Part shown: positions 34,621-46,406 of the stretch, piece by piece | Layout of the letters: every line of letters starts with the position of its first letter | How positions within the stretch are numbered: position 1 is the first letter of the stretch | Assembly: GCA_973895155.1 (NCBI GenBank) | Contig: OZ316895.1 | Coordinates: 3,025,659 to 3,089,658 of the forward strand | Reading direction: 5' to 3' | Source: Marsupella aquatica | Taxonomy: Eukaryota; Plantae; Marchantiophyta | DNA: 64,000 bases | The notes under the pieces: generated by a model | Seen by the model: the letters and a program-made list of their open reading frames with translations, nothing else | Told to the model about the DNA's origin: nothing | Database searches by the model: none | Position numbers and translations under genes: made by a program

Positions 34621-35367
34621 CGTGGAGGACGTGCAAACGCTTGAAGGGTAGTTTTTATTCATTTTGAGCCACAAATCTGTAACTTTCAGCAATGACCCAA
34701 CATTGAGACGCCCTATTGCAATCTCTCATTCGCTTCTTGCCTACGCTCTTCTGTTCCATGTGTACTGTAATCCGGAAGAGCTCAATTCCGGGCAGGAGCA
34801 TGAACCTGGTTCAAGGTTCATGGGAGTGGTCCATCCTTGCATTAATTGTGAAATTACCCAATTATCTGGGCCCCACACCAAGCTTCTCCATATATGGGGC
34901 TTGTGAGAGATGCAATCAATTCACAGTTGTTTGCGATGAAACCCTCCACACATTCCTTGCCTGATGGTCCTACTAACAACTTTTTCAGCCCCATTCCATC
35001 ATTGTTCCTGGTCCTCAGTTTGTAGTAAGAGTGCACCCTGAAACATTTGATGCATTAGAAATGAGCTATTGTATGAACAAACCAAACTAAAAAATCGCCA
35101 AGATTCCCTATTACCAGACCATTGTTGGCAGTAACAGCCCTTCAAAACATGACCTTAAACCTTGTTTCATAGCCCAACAATAGACTCTCAAACTTGAGCT
35201 AAAGCCCACAATGCCCTGTACAGGGCGCTGCAAACAGGACGTCACTATGTACAAATGCACTTGAGTTGGGCCAATATTGAGTACTGTTTGTCATAGAAAT
35301 CTTTACTTACCAAGGTCATGACCAAGAGTATCACCTCCTTGCACCTAACATACAAATAAATAATCTA

Positions 35368-35748
35368 CACTGTTCACCGTAATTAGTGTGACTAACACTA
35401 ATTCGAGAGTGCCCATTTTCAGGGTCTACTCACAAATTAGTGTTAATCACACTAATTTTATGCTAACACTAATTTCGCGCACATGAATTAGTGTTACTAT
35501 GGTCTTAAGAGTGGCAAAATAGAGAGAAAGAAACTATTTTGAAAAATCCACAACAATTAGTGTTATTTTGGGCTAAAGATCAACCATTTTTTACAAGCAA
35601 TTTATACTAAAGTGAACCAAATCTGTTTTTGAAAACCGACAAAAATTAGTGTTACTTGGGCTCAAAATCATTTTTACCAAAACTAGTGTAACACTAATTT
35701 TGTACTAACACTAATTCTTGCATAACACTAATTATGGTGTTAACAGTG
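35368..35748. mobile_element. 381-bp MITE with CACTG ends, TA flanks and an internal AACACTAATT/AATTAGTGTT array
   Basis: Left ta|cactgttcaccgtaattagtgt, right acactaattatggtgttaacagtg|ta; about 10 copies of the motif in both orientations. Confidence 0.8.
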
Positions 35749-36096
35749 TAGCTATATTTGGTCCTTCTCAAAGCAAGTTCAGAACATTACCGCACTTGTT
35801 AGCTTCTGATAAGTCATATCCGCAAATTCTGTTGTGTGATCACACGTCTTTTTGTTCAAGTATTCCATTTGCTCCTTTGTGGAAATTACAAGGATGTCAA
35901 AAGCATGTTTCTTATACTAAGTATGTGGATATCCAGAAAATGTAAACAAATGTACTAAGTAGTACGTTGGGTAGTGTCCGTTGTAGATATTGTCCAAAAT
36001 TTAATTGAAATTCATGGTTTGATTCTAATTGGTTGGTGGGTGGTGTTACATAGTTTTAAAATGGAAATTTATTAAACATCTTGGCTTGTGAAATTA

Positions 36097-37089
36097 GGCT
36101 GCTGACCTGAGCGAATTTTGTGCAGAGCAATGATGGGCTTCCTAATTTCTGCATGTTTGCCCATGGCATACGCTATATATTTCGGTGGTATACTCATACA
36201 ATTTAGAGCAGAGAAGGCAGGCATGACTGGCTCCGTTCCCCTTCCCATTGGTACGATACTTCAATCACAATGCAAGAATGTCAAACTAGATGTATCTTGT
36301 TGAATTGGAAGCTAGGGCCATTCATTTGATCTGTTGGTAGCACCGTGTAAGAAATTTTGATTTATAATTTGAAGTTTGAAATGCATTCTGTGTATGCCAT
36401 TTGTTTGAAATCTCAGTTTCGCGATACATACAGGATTCCATATAGCAGATGTCATCATGGCAGCACTTGTAGGAGGGGTGGTTGTATGGTCTATTGGACC
36501 TGTTCTCCCTGTCATTGTTAGATGGATGGAATGGCTCATTTGGTGCGCTTGCTGCTGTACATAAGTATTGGGGCTGCAGCTCTGTCGTCTCGAGCATTTC
36601 CTTACAGCTATGAATTCTCGAAGAGACTTGTGTTGCAATATTCTGTCCATACAACAGGTCATTCTCTTCGTGCGTAAATGCTTTGCCAGTTGGTTTACCT
36701 TCAATTCAAAAGAACTAGGACGTCTTGCATGAATCCACCATGAACTTTGAACTCAAATCAGCAGCGGTGGGAAGATCTTAGCAAGTACGGATGTTTGTAG
36801 ACTCACTTGTTCAGATTTAGACAGTTGCATTTCCGGTGCTGGCATATGTATTGAACAATTCTTTCTCAAATTTATAGCTCAGTATGCTTGGTTGTCCACT
36901 CTCCATGCTCACACTTTCGTTTTTACCAGATAGAAGTACCGTGGCGAGTTCCAACTTGGATTTTGCCTCCATAGATCCGAATCCTAATACACTTATATGG
37001 AAGAATGTTCCAAACGTCGTGGAATATCTACATTTGGCATCCGCTCAGCGTGCAAAGGATATTGAGTTTAGTTCGTCTACTTTCATGGT
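36097..37089 (+). pseudogene. 3'-region exons of an ERMP1-like M28 membrane metallopeptidase (At1g67420-like), degraded
   Basis: Exon-like pieces AYAIYFGGILIQFRAEKAGMTGSVPLPI, FHIADVIMAALVGGVVVWSIGPVLPVI (then stop and frameshift), KRLVLQYSVHTT and STVASSNLDFASIDPNPN. Confidence 0.65.
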
Positions 37090-37393
37090 ATGGTTGTCAT
37101 TTGTTGTCACACGCTCATGATTGATTTAAATTGCCCAATCTTGTTAAAGTTTCCGTTCATATTGGTCAAACATGGTATACCTGACGCTGCCCAGTTCGCC
37201 ATCTCCTGGGCCCTTTTCTATACGCCTCCGGTGTAAGGTGCTCGTAGTACGAATAGCAGAAAGCTTTTCTGCCTTGGACGTCTTGCTGACACCACGAAAG
37301 ATTCGGTTTCTCCAGGCATTATATCCAATAACAATATTGCTAAATCCTGGCACAACTGTTCCCGTATCATCCGATTCATCTATTGTAGAAGAT

Positions 37394-37524
37394 ATCCAGA
37401 GCTCCTGGTTATTGGAGAGGAGAAGGGAGGCATCTAGATGAATCCAGAGCTCCTGCTTATTGGAGAGGAGAAGGGAGGCATCTAGATGAATCCAGAGCTC
37501 CTGCTTATTGGAGAGGAGAAGGAA
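37394..37524. repeat. 48-bp tandem repeat (about 2.7 copies; about 1.7 copies in the paralog at about 43020-43102)
   Basis: atccagagctcctgSttattggagaggagaagg at 37394, 37442 and 37490. Confidence 0.9.
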
Positions 37525-37937
37525 GGCAGCCAAATGCGACAAATTGATGTGATTGTGACGACAACGAAATTAATGATTGTGACATACAACAACTGTGCAT
37601 GACAATCTTGGCTGACGTCAGCACAGAATCTATTAATGGTGGAGCCACATGTGTCAAGGGGGAAAAGGAAAGGCTCCTGACACGGGCAAGTCGACTTTGT
37701 TTCACGACCCACTTCCTTTCTTTTCTTATAAACATTATAAGAGCACACGAGAAAACATCTCATTTCCGCCACTTCCTTGCTTTGATTATAAACATCACAA
37801 GAGCAAACCAGCATACCATTTCATTTCCGCCATTTGCTTGCTTTTTTCATAAACCTCACAAGAACAATCGGGAACACCATCTCATTTCCGCTCACTTTCC
37901 GCTCACTTGCTGCTACAGGAACTCTCAAGAGTACACT

Positions 37938-38195
37938 ATGGGTCTGGATTGGGGCCAGTTGTTTTTATGTTCCATTGGAGTAGTGGGAGCAATCGAACTT
38001 GGAATCTTTGTCAACGAATTTGGGCGACTTCGTAAGGAAGTCGGCAAGTTTCGTAAGGAAGTCGGCAAGTTTCGTAAAGATGCCGGCAAGTCAAAAATGA
38101 AGTTCGGGGACTTCTTGGCGACTATTAAAGTTGGCCATCACGAAGACACGGCAAGCACGGACGATCAATTTTGCACCGCTACTCGTAAAAAATGA
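37938..38195 (+). CDS. 85-aa single-pass membrane microprotein with basic heptad repeats, copy 1
   Basis: MGLDWGQLFLCSIGVVGAIELGIFV hydrophobic N-terminus, then RKEVGKF twice; the paralog at 43944 shows many synonymous differences and only in-frame indels. Confidence 0.65.
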   Translation: MGLDWGQLFLCSIGVVGAIELGIFVNEFGRLRKEVGKFRKEVGKFRKDAGKSKMKFGDFLATIKVGHHEDTASTDDQFCTATRKK

Positions 38196-39449
38196 AGGAG
38201 CTGCGATGGAATGACGAAAACGCAATGCCATCTGACGGAGAGGCAGTGCAGGAGTAAAACTTCTTTTTGCTATTCTTTTTTCTAGAGTTAGTCGACTTCG
38301 GTCCAGCACGCAGACAGTAGTCGTGTAAGGGATCGACCAATTTCGTTTCAGTAGGTGTTGTGTCTCTAGCCGGTGATTCCAATTTTCTGTAGTTTCCAGT
38401 CACGGGAAACTTTGTATTGCTTTTGAAGCTTCACGGCACGTCTTCTAATTTTCCGTCAGACGCAGGATGTTTTGATAACAAGAAATTGATTGGAATTTGG
38501 CATCCCATTGGTACTCCATGCTTCTATCATTTTATTTACTTTGATGTAATTCAGCTGAAATCCGCCTCCGCGTATTTTAATCCAACTTCTGCAGCTAAAT
38601 CAAATCGAAGCCATTCGAATCGACGCACAAAGTAGACGAACAGGGATCATTGCTTTACTCGTGGTTTCTCTGTTTTTCTGACCTTGTTTGCTGAGCTTTG
38701 TGATTGCTCCCAAATGTGAGAATGCAGATGACGCCAGAGTGACGTTCGGTCTCTGCAACTCGGGTTCTTGGTTTTATCCTTTTAAATATATTGCTCGAAA
38801 CGATGAAATCTCAATGCAGGTTTGAAACGGTTAGTCAGCTCTTTAAAAAAGAATTGTGGACCGTGATCCAGAACATAACGTGAGACGTTTCGCTTATAGT
38901 GTAGTGTAAAGTAAGGAGTGGAGTGACGAGAGTGAGGCAGAGGAGCTCGGAGCAGCTTTTGGTGAAGGAGTGACCCAAGGCTGTCGATGCCGCTTCTTGA
39001 GCAGGAAGGTCCGTCTCGACCGAAAGAGCAGCGGAGGGGAATTGTTTTAGGTTCGATTGCAATCTCAAAACATCTGCCATCATAGTGGTCTCCGTTCTAC
39101 TTTTCCGAAAAAGCTGTGTTCAAGACCAAAAAGAGAAAGAGCGTCGCATGCAGAGGAGGAGTAAAGTACTTAGAGGTCCCTTACATTCTCGCTGTGGCGT
39201 GAGCACTGAACAGAGAGCATCAGTCAGCCTCGTCCGAGAGAAATTTGAATTGTTGCAACGAGGGAAGGAGGGCATTGTCTCATTGACGATTTTGCTAAAT
39301 TTAGTTGAAGCGCAGTCGATGCGGGGAAAGGAGTCCTGAATCCTGAAGCAAGGGGAGGGCGCGGTGCGTCTGTCCCACGGCGGTCATCTACAATGAAGCG
39401 ACACTCGTCGAGTGGTGTGTCGAGGGTGCCAGATTCATCAGGTGGTGGC

Positions 39450-42400
39450 GATGCTTGGGATTCACTCGAGACCTCTTCCGTTGCAGAAAGGAATCAGGAA
39501 GAGGATGAGAGAAAATTGTGGCCGCTGCGGCTACTGGTCCTACGCTGGATGTAGCTTTGGCGGGGTTGTTGATATTGGTAGTCCTGTGTGGATGCTTTCC
39601 TGTACTCGCTTATAAGTCGATGAACATGCAATTCATGGTGCCTCTCGATAGCACGGCACCTCTGGACAGATTCTCGGAAGGAAGGGCTATGAGTCACATC
39701 CTGGCCTTAGCTGGATTGGGTCGGCAGGTGCAATCCTCCGCCCTTTTGAATTTTGTCATAGGTTCAGTGGTCGCTCTGCAGGAGTACTGTATTTGTTGAT
39801 CAAAGGTGTTTCTTGTACCTCGGACTTTTCGGTCGTCATTCGATTAGTTCGTTGTCCCTTTAGTTTTGCATGCGCGTTGAATTGGCTCCCAAATCTAGAT
39901 TCTTCTTTAGTTCACTGTAAAGTTAAATTCTGATGAGCAATTTGGTGATACACGTCGTAAAATAGCTCTTTCGTTTGGAGATCCTTCGGTCGTATAAATC
40001 AGTCTTTGCGCTATAGTTTCCAATGTAGGATATGTTTGTTTTCTATTCCAGCTCGTTTATTGAGATATGGATTAATGCGAAGTAATTATGGGGTTCTGCT
40101 GTTTTTACCTATTACGATGTCCGGCAGTAACATCGCCACGTTTTTCTTCATTGTGAGCAAGTAACGAGATGTCCATGAATTTAGTCTCGCACTGTTGCTA
40201 GTTTTCTTCCTTTCTTTGTACATTATTTGCCCTATCGGCGTCGCCCAGACCTTACAGGTCTACTGTGCAGGAAGGAACTCCAGGACTATCTGACGCAACG
40301 AATTACATAGTGGATGAATTAATGTCAATGAAGGCAAGAGCAAGTCCCCAAATCAAGTACGTTAAGTGAGGCTCTTTTGCTCACAATAGATTTATGTGTT
40401 ATTTGGGGGTGGACTAAACAGATGAAAAGTATTTGACTCCCCGATGAGATAGAGAACAGAGGTAGATGTGTGATATCACGCTGTTCCTTTGGCAATTCTC
40501 CAATTTTTGTGTTTCTACAATGTACGTCTGCTTGGTGATTAGGCTCAATTGTGGGACATCGTATTTTGAGTCATGTTGCAGGGTTGACATCGATGAGTCT
40601 TTTGTAAATGGTTCATTTAATCTTCGGATCTTGAAGCACAGCCTCAGCTTCACCTACAGGAATCATCCGAATGTTGCCATAAGGTAGGATTTCTGGTATT
40701 CGAACGGGCGCATTTAGAGGAGTTATTCCTCAGTGCATAGTCTAGCGTAGGAAGACACTCGCAAGGGCTTGTAGAGTTCGTTTGAAGATTCCTTACTCCG
40801 TGTGGGCTTCTGCGCAGGGTGGCAGCCAAAGATGCTCCCGAGGACGCTGCAGCTGTTCTCTTTAATGCTTATTATGATGCCCCTTTAGGTTCCCCTGGCG
40901 CTTCTGGTTGTGCTGGATGTGTTGGTACGATTCAGTGTCACAAGTCTCTCTCGGTATAGGTTAATCCCTTTGGCACTCCTTAGGTTGCATTGTGATGTCC
41001 ACTCAGCAATCTAGCTCTCTTTTACACGGCACTATTTGCGTTTCTAAACAATAACTCTGTATCCAATCCTTCTGTTTTCCCGTGACTAATTGGTTTTATT
41101 GTGCCCAATTTCCACAGCTTCACTTCTGGAGACTCTGCGCCAGTTAATTGACACGGAGTGGGTGCCACCGGCTCCAGTCATTTTCCTTTTCAATGGTGCT
41201 GAGGAACTTTTTCTCTTGGTGAGACCCTTAATCAGATTCGTTCTTCTACGCAAACTCCTCAGTTTCAAAGTGTGACTATCCCGACAGTCAAGGATGTGCT
41301 CAATCATCTATCTTCTAGCCTAATGTTGGATATAACATTTGGACTCGACTGTTTGTTGCTAAGCGGATGGATTAACTTGAAATGCATGCTGAGAGGAATT
41401 TCTGAACCCTAAAGAGCTTGACATCTGGGGAAAAGAATGAGCCCTAAACCTTTGTTCAAATTCATCAATACCATCGAAGATTATGAGCGATGAATGTATG
41501 TAGACGATGTGAATTGTGAACCGAATGATCAAGGTTCATGAGTCTTTGGGCTTTACCGTTTTCCTCTACCTGTGATATACTCTCAGATCATTCTTACAAT
41601 GCAGGATTAGGCGTCATTGAATGCAGCAGTTTAAGTGAAGGTTTGGGAGATAAGAAATAATCAAATTTGTAGAATCGGTCTGAAATCTGCTGGAACTTTC
41701 ATAGTTACTCAGTATCGTTGTCTGATATTGGATTTCGGACGAAATATGGCTAGTCTTTGATGGCATTGTGACATATTGAATTTTTGAGCTCGTTTTCACT
41801 GCTAAGCGAAATTACATTTACAGGTTTTCTCGACCGTGGATTGCACTCTCCTTATTTGTCCCAAGTTCTTTGGCGGGTCTGCTAATCCCACACTGCGGAG
41901 GTCTGGTGTCAAGCAGGTGCACCATAATACACTCGTGCATTTTGCATTTGTATATTTAATTAGGAACCAAGTCGTTTGTTTGTTGTACGTCCTTCAATCG
42001 TTCAGTCGGTTATCACATCGAGTAGTCACTGTGAACCTCAAGCATTGTGGATCTTGCGAGCGAGTCAATTGTTGAAACTTCCCGTTCAATTCATTTTCTC
42101 TTTTAGTTGCTGTCTTTAAAATCCTTCCTGTAATTCTGGGTCAAGTTCAGGAACTCTTAACAACTGCTGCTGCTAGTCGCTCTCATCTTTTTGGTTGCTG
42201 CATTATGAGGCTCAGATTTCAAGTCATTATCTGGGCCTCTTTTAAAATTATCGTGTGGCCACAGGAAACTATTGACTGGGGTGGCCGTTCGGGTTCTGTG
42301 GCATTGAAGCTGTCGTCAGTGCGGTATGTTTTTGTTCCCTCTCTGCCCTTGTGGTCTCTTCTCTGATCGGATTTGAGGAAGATATTGATCCTGTGCTCAA

Positions 42401-42726
42401 CTTGTGCCGGGACAACCCATCGTCTATTCTATGGCAGTTTAAGACCACATACTACTGTATTTCAGATACCCACAGGGTCTTGTCAGTGTCGTGGTTGTAG
42501 TTGTGGCTCTTACAGCTTGATTTCATTCGTGGAACTTTCCATGCTCACACTTTTGCTTTTACCAGATAGAAGTACCGTGGCGAGTTCCAACTTGGATTTT
42601 GCCTCCATAGATCCGAATCCTAACACACTGATATGGAAGAATGTTCCAAACGTCGTGGAATATCTACATTTGGCATCCGCTCAGCGTGCAAAGGACATTG
42701 AGTTTAGTTCGTCTACTTTCATGGTA
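39450..42726 (+). pseudogene. ERMP1-like M28 metallopeptidase pseudogene (5' exons plus one late exon; middle missing)
   Basis: Exons PLDSTAPLDRFSEGRAMSH (ends 39727), EGTPGL (40271), SFTYRNHPNVAIR (40582), LFNAYYDAPLGSPGASGC (40818), PPAPVIFLFNGAEELFLL (41118) and STVASSNLDF (about 42570). Zinc ligands are lost (H>Y in NAYYD, D>G in GASGC) and there is an in-frame stop just upstream of 39509. Confidence 0.75.
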
Positions 42727-43359
42727 TGGTTGTCATTTGTTGTCACACGCTCATGATTGATTTAAATTGCCCAATCTTGTTAAAGTTTCCGTTCATATTG
42801 GTCAAACATGGTATACCTGACGCTGCCCAGCTCGCCATCTTCTGGGCCCTTTTTCTATACGCCTCCGGTGTAAGGTGCTCGTAGTATGAATAGCAGAAAG
42901 CTTTTCTGCCTTGGACGTCTTGCTGACACTACGAAAGACTCGGTTTCTCCAGGCATTATATCCAATATTGCTAAATCCTGGCACAACTGTTCCCGTATCA
43001 TCCGATTCATCTAGAAGATATCCTGAGCTCCTGGTTATTGGAGAGGAGAAGGGAGGCATCTAGATGAATCCAGAGCTCCTGCTTATTGGAGAGGAGAAGG
43101 AAGGCAGCCAAATGCGACAAATTGATGTGATTGTGACATTTCCTTCTATAAATCACGAGTTTCGCATCAAATGGTGTCGCGTTGCGCCTCCTCCGTTAGC
43201 CGGTAGCTGCCGGTAGCCGGTAGTTGCCCGCAGATTATAAACAAATACGTAAAGAATGCGCTTCTGTGTATCGGCAGTGCATTGGCTACCGGTTAACTCG
43301 AAAGAGTGGGGTCTCTCAGGTGCTGAGTTCGATTCTCACTCTGAGTTTTTTAACACTCA

Positions 43360-43535
43360 CCCACTACAAAAGTGGGGTTCAGACTTCTCTTATTATAGTC
43401 ATAAGTTCTTTTGATTCAAAAAGAGCTTACACACATGATCCCCCAAAAGTGGGGTTCAAAAGTCATAAGTTCTTTTGATTCAAAATGAGTTTACACACAT
43501 GATCCCCCAAAAGTGGGGTTCAAAAGTCATAAGTA
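43360..43535. repeat. About 64-bp tandem repeat within the segment found only in copy 2, between units B and C
   Basis: caaaagtggggttca recurs at about 43367, 43444 and 43508, with ttcttttgattcaaaa...acacacatgatccccc between copies. Confidence 0.75.
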
Positions 43536-43943
43536 ACACACAAACTCTTTTTGATTCTAGATGGGAACAGATTCTAGATGGGAACAGGCTGTTCCAGTTT
43601 CCCGTCAATAATCACTATAATCCAAAGGAGCTACAGAACAGTCTAAAATAATGAACACGTTACTCGTAGAAGTGAATATCTATTAATGGTGGAGCCACAT
43701 GTGTCAAGGGGGAAAAGGAAAGGCTCCTGAGACGGGCAAGTTTAGGGTTTAGACTTTGTTTCACGACCACTTCCTTTAGGAGCACACCAGAAGAACATTT
43801 CATTCCGCCACTTCCTTGCTTTTATATTATAAACCTCACACGAGGAAACGAGGAACCATTTCATTTCCGCCATTTACTTAGCAATCGAGAAGACCATCTC
43901 GTTTCCGCTCACTTGCTTCTTCAGGAACTCTCAACAGTACACT

Positions 43944-44189
43944 ATGGGTCTGGATTGGGGCCAATTGTTTTTATGTTCCATTGGAGTAGTGGGAGCAATC
44001 GAAGTTGGACTTTTTGTCAACGAATTCGGGAAACTCCGTAACGAAGTCAGCAAGTTTCGGAAAGGTGCCGGAAAATCACAGAAGAAATTAGGTGACTTCT
44101 TGGCCACAATCAAAGTTGGCCACGACGAATCAAAAAACACGGCAAGCACGGAGGATCGCTTTTGCACCATTACCCCTCGCAAAAAATGA
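43944..44189 (+). CDS. 81-aa single-pass membrane microprotein, copy 2
   Basis: MGLDWGQLFLCSIGVVGAIEVGLFVNEFGKLRNEVSKFRK...RKK; same start, stop and frame as 37938-38195. Confidence 0.65.
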   Translation: MGLDWGQLFLCSIGVVGAIEVGLFVNEFGKLRNEVSKFRKGAGKSQKKLGDFLATIKVGHDESKNTASTEDRFCTITPRKK

Positions 44190-44495
44190 AGGTAGTCTTC
44201 GGGAGCTCCTGGGTAGCCGAGGCTTTGTTTTGTTTCCCATTTCTCGTTATCTCATTCATTTCCATCGCCCGTACGGCACAGAAAAACCCTGCACGCACTG
44301 CTGATGAACTGATGAAGGCATTTCCATTTAGTTCACAACTCTGCTCCGCACCCGGAAGAAATCGTTGAATTCCGCGCTGCACAGTACGAATCCGAAGCAG
44401 TCGATTGCGATCGAGAAAAGTGCAAGGGGCAATAATTGGGAAGTGTTGGAACGGAATGGAGTGATTTATTGGTCACTTCTGCTCTGGAAATCGGT

Positions 44496-46406
44496 ATGGC
44501 TGCAGCTCTGTTTATGAGCTGTCCTCCTTGCTCGCTCAGCGCCAGCCTCGGTCGAGCGAACATCCACCTCAGTGTTCTCTCGAGAGCCCGCCCTCTCCAG
44601 CGGAAGAGCTTCATCAGAGTCGAAGAAGGAGAACCTTGCACAGCAGCAGCAGCTCCCATTTGCATTGCGAGTTGACACCGTTCCAGGAGAGACAGCCACA
44701 ACTGCATCTGAAGTGGAAGAATACGGTGTCTCGTACCGGCACAGTAATAATGGAGGTAGCGATGCTGATGAAGGTGTCGTCTCGGTCGGGAAAGGCTGGA
44801 CAGATGCTGAGGGAAACCTGGACGAGCGTTGGCTCGCCAAGTTCAGAGGACTCGCGGTCATTGCTTCAGACCGAGTGGAGACACACACAGTTCTTGCCGT
44901 CCAGCGGAGTAATTGGAACCATCTCTTCCATCAGACAATCGTCATAGCTGCAGTGTCTGCTGCCACTGCGGCGGCCATCAATGGAGCTGAGCCGGGTCCC
45001 GGCCTCACGCTGCTGGCCACTTCGCTGAACCTCATCTGTGCTGCGTTCATGGCCCTCGTCAACAGTTTTCAGCCATCTCAGTTAGCTGAGGAGCAACGCA
45101 GGTGAATTCGTCTTCTCGTTGCCGGGACAAGAAACCATCACTGTCCTTGGTGTCTACCATCCGCCACCATCTTCCTCACTTTCTAAGATTAATCGTGAAC
45201 TAGCTTACTCGTTTTCAATCGTCAGTAACCTTCGTCATTTTCTGCCTTAGCCATCATTCAACTTCCTCAATTTTGTACCATCAGACATAAACCTTCTGGC
45301 TTGTTTGAAGATAAGATGATAATGGCAGTGAGCTAATGCCTCCTGAACTCTACGGCGTGCAGAGCTGCAAGGTTTTTCAGGCGGTTAGGGACGGAGATCA
45401 AGTCCACTTTGGAGGTTGATCCAGCGATGAGAGAGGAGGCGTCCGATGCTGGGAGGAAAAAGTTGGCACTCTCCATGTTCTCGATAGGACGTTCCCTCTC
45501 CCTCTAAGCCCCGGCGGACTAGAGAAGTTTCCCCGCTATGTAAGTGCTGTCTTGCTGGCTTGTATCGCATGCTTCAAATCTCACAACATTCATTCGTGTT
45601 CCTTACAGAGGCTCTACTCATGACAAAAAACCTTCAATGTTCAGTCAGCAGGTCCTCGTGTGTACCGTCTTTACCGTCTTGAGGACTTGAGCTAGAGAAA
45701 TCGATCTGTTTCTCCAGCAGGGCCCTCGGGATCAAATGGCATTCAGTCATCTGCTTCTCATCGTACGTTCTCTGGTTCGCTGACGTTCAACCTTCACCTT
45801 TCGTGGTCTACTCTTGACACTTTCGTTGGTGTTGCTTCTCAACAGGTTGTCCCAGCGGAACTGAGTCCCCCAGCAGGTCCAGACGACCCCACGGCTGAAG
45901 GAAGTGACTTCGGCAGCAGAAGAAATTGCTGGGGGTGGACATACAAAACTGAGGACTATTTGAGAAAAACCATGGAGCTCATCCACACCAGGGACATTCC
46001 GCATCTAACTAGCTGGGCTGTGAAGGCTAAACGTCTCAACCTGGTTATGGCGAGAGTTTCTCCATTTTTGGCAATCGCAGGGGCACTCTGTAGTATTGCA
46101 AACAGTTGTCCTGGCCTGCCTTTGTCACATGTCTCGTGGCTGGCTGCAGCTCTCACGGTAGGCGCTGTGTTCACCCACAGTGTGTCTCATGCTCTTCAAT
46201 TGGGTAGTGCGTTTGAGCTGTACCGTAATTATGCTGGATACTACGAAGACATTGAAAGAGCAATCGAGAGGGCTCTACGCCTCCCAGCTCATCAGAGGGA
46301 GGACTGGGAGCTCTTCATCAAGAAGATCAACTTACGGCTGGGCCATAACCCAAATAAGGAAAACGTGACACAAAATGACCATAATCATGCAGGTAAGCTC
46401 TTCTAA
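44496..46406 (+). pseudogene. At4g22030/PF14476-like gene, copy 2, frameshifted
   Basis: Relative to copy 1: 2-bp deletion in exon 1 (atcagagtcg vs atcagagagtcg, about 44618) and 1-bp deletion in exon 2 (gtccgatgct vs gtccgaatgct, about 45446). Assembly error cannot be excluded. Confidence 0.75.

Larger units (their letters stand above)
36900..38200 (+). repeat. Segmental duplication units B and C (paralogs at about 42538-43137 and 43676-44190)
   Basis: Shared sequence from tccatgctcacacttt to ttgatgtgattgtgac, and from atctattaatggtggagccacatgtg to aaaaaatgaagg. Confidence 0.88.

Noticed and set aside
37599-37937. N-terminal 113 aa of the 198-aa ORF in the ORF track
   Set aside because: Consists of upstream repeats and is not kept in frame in the paralog; the conserved start is ATG 37938.
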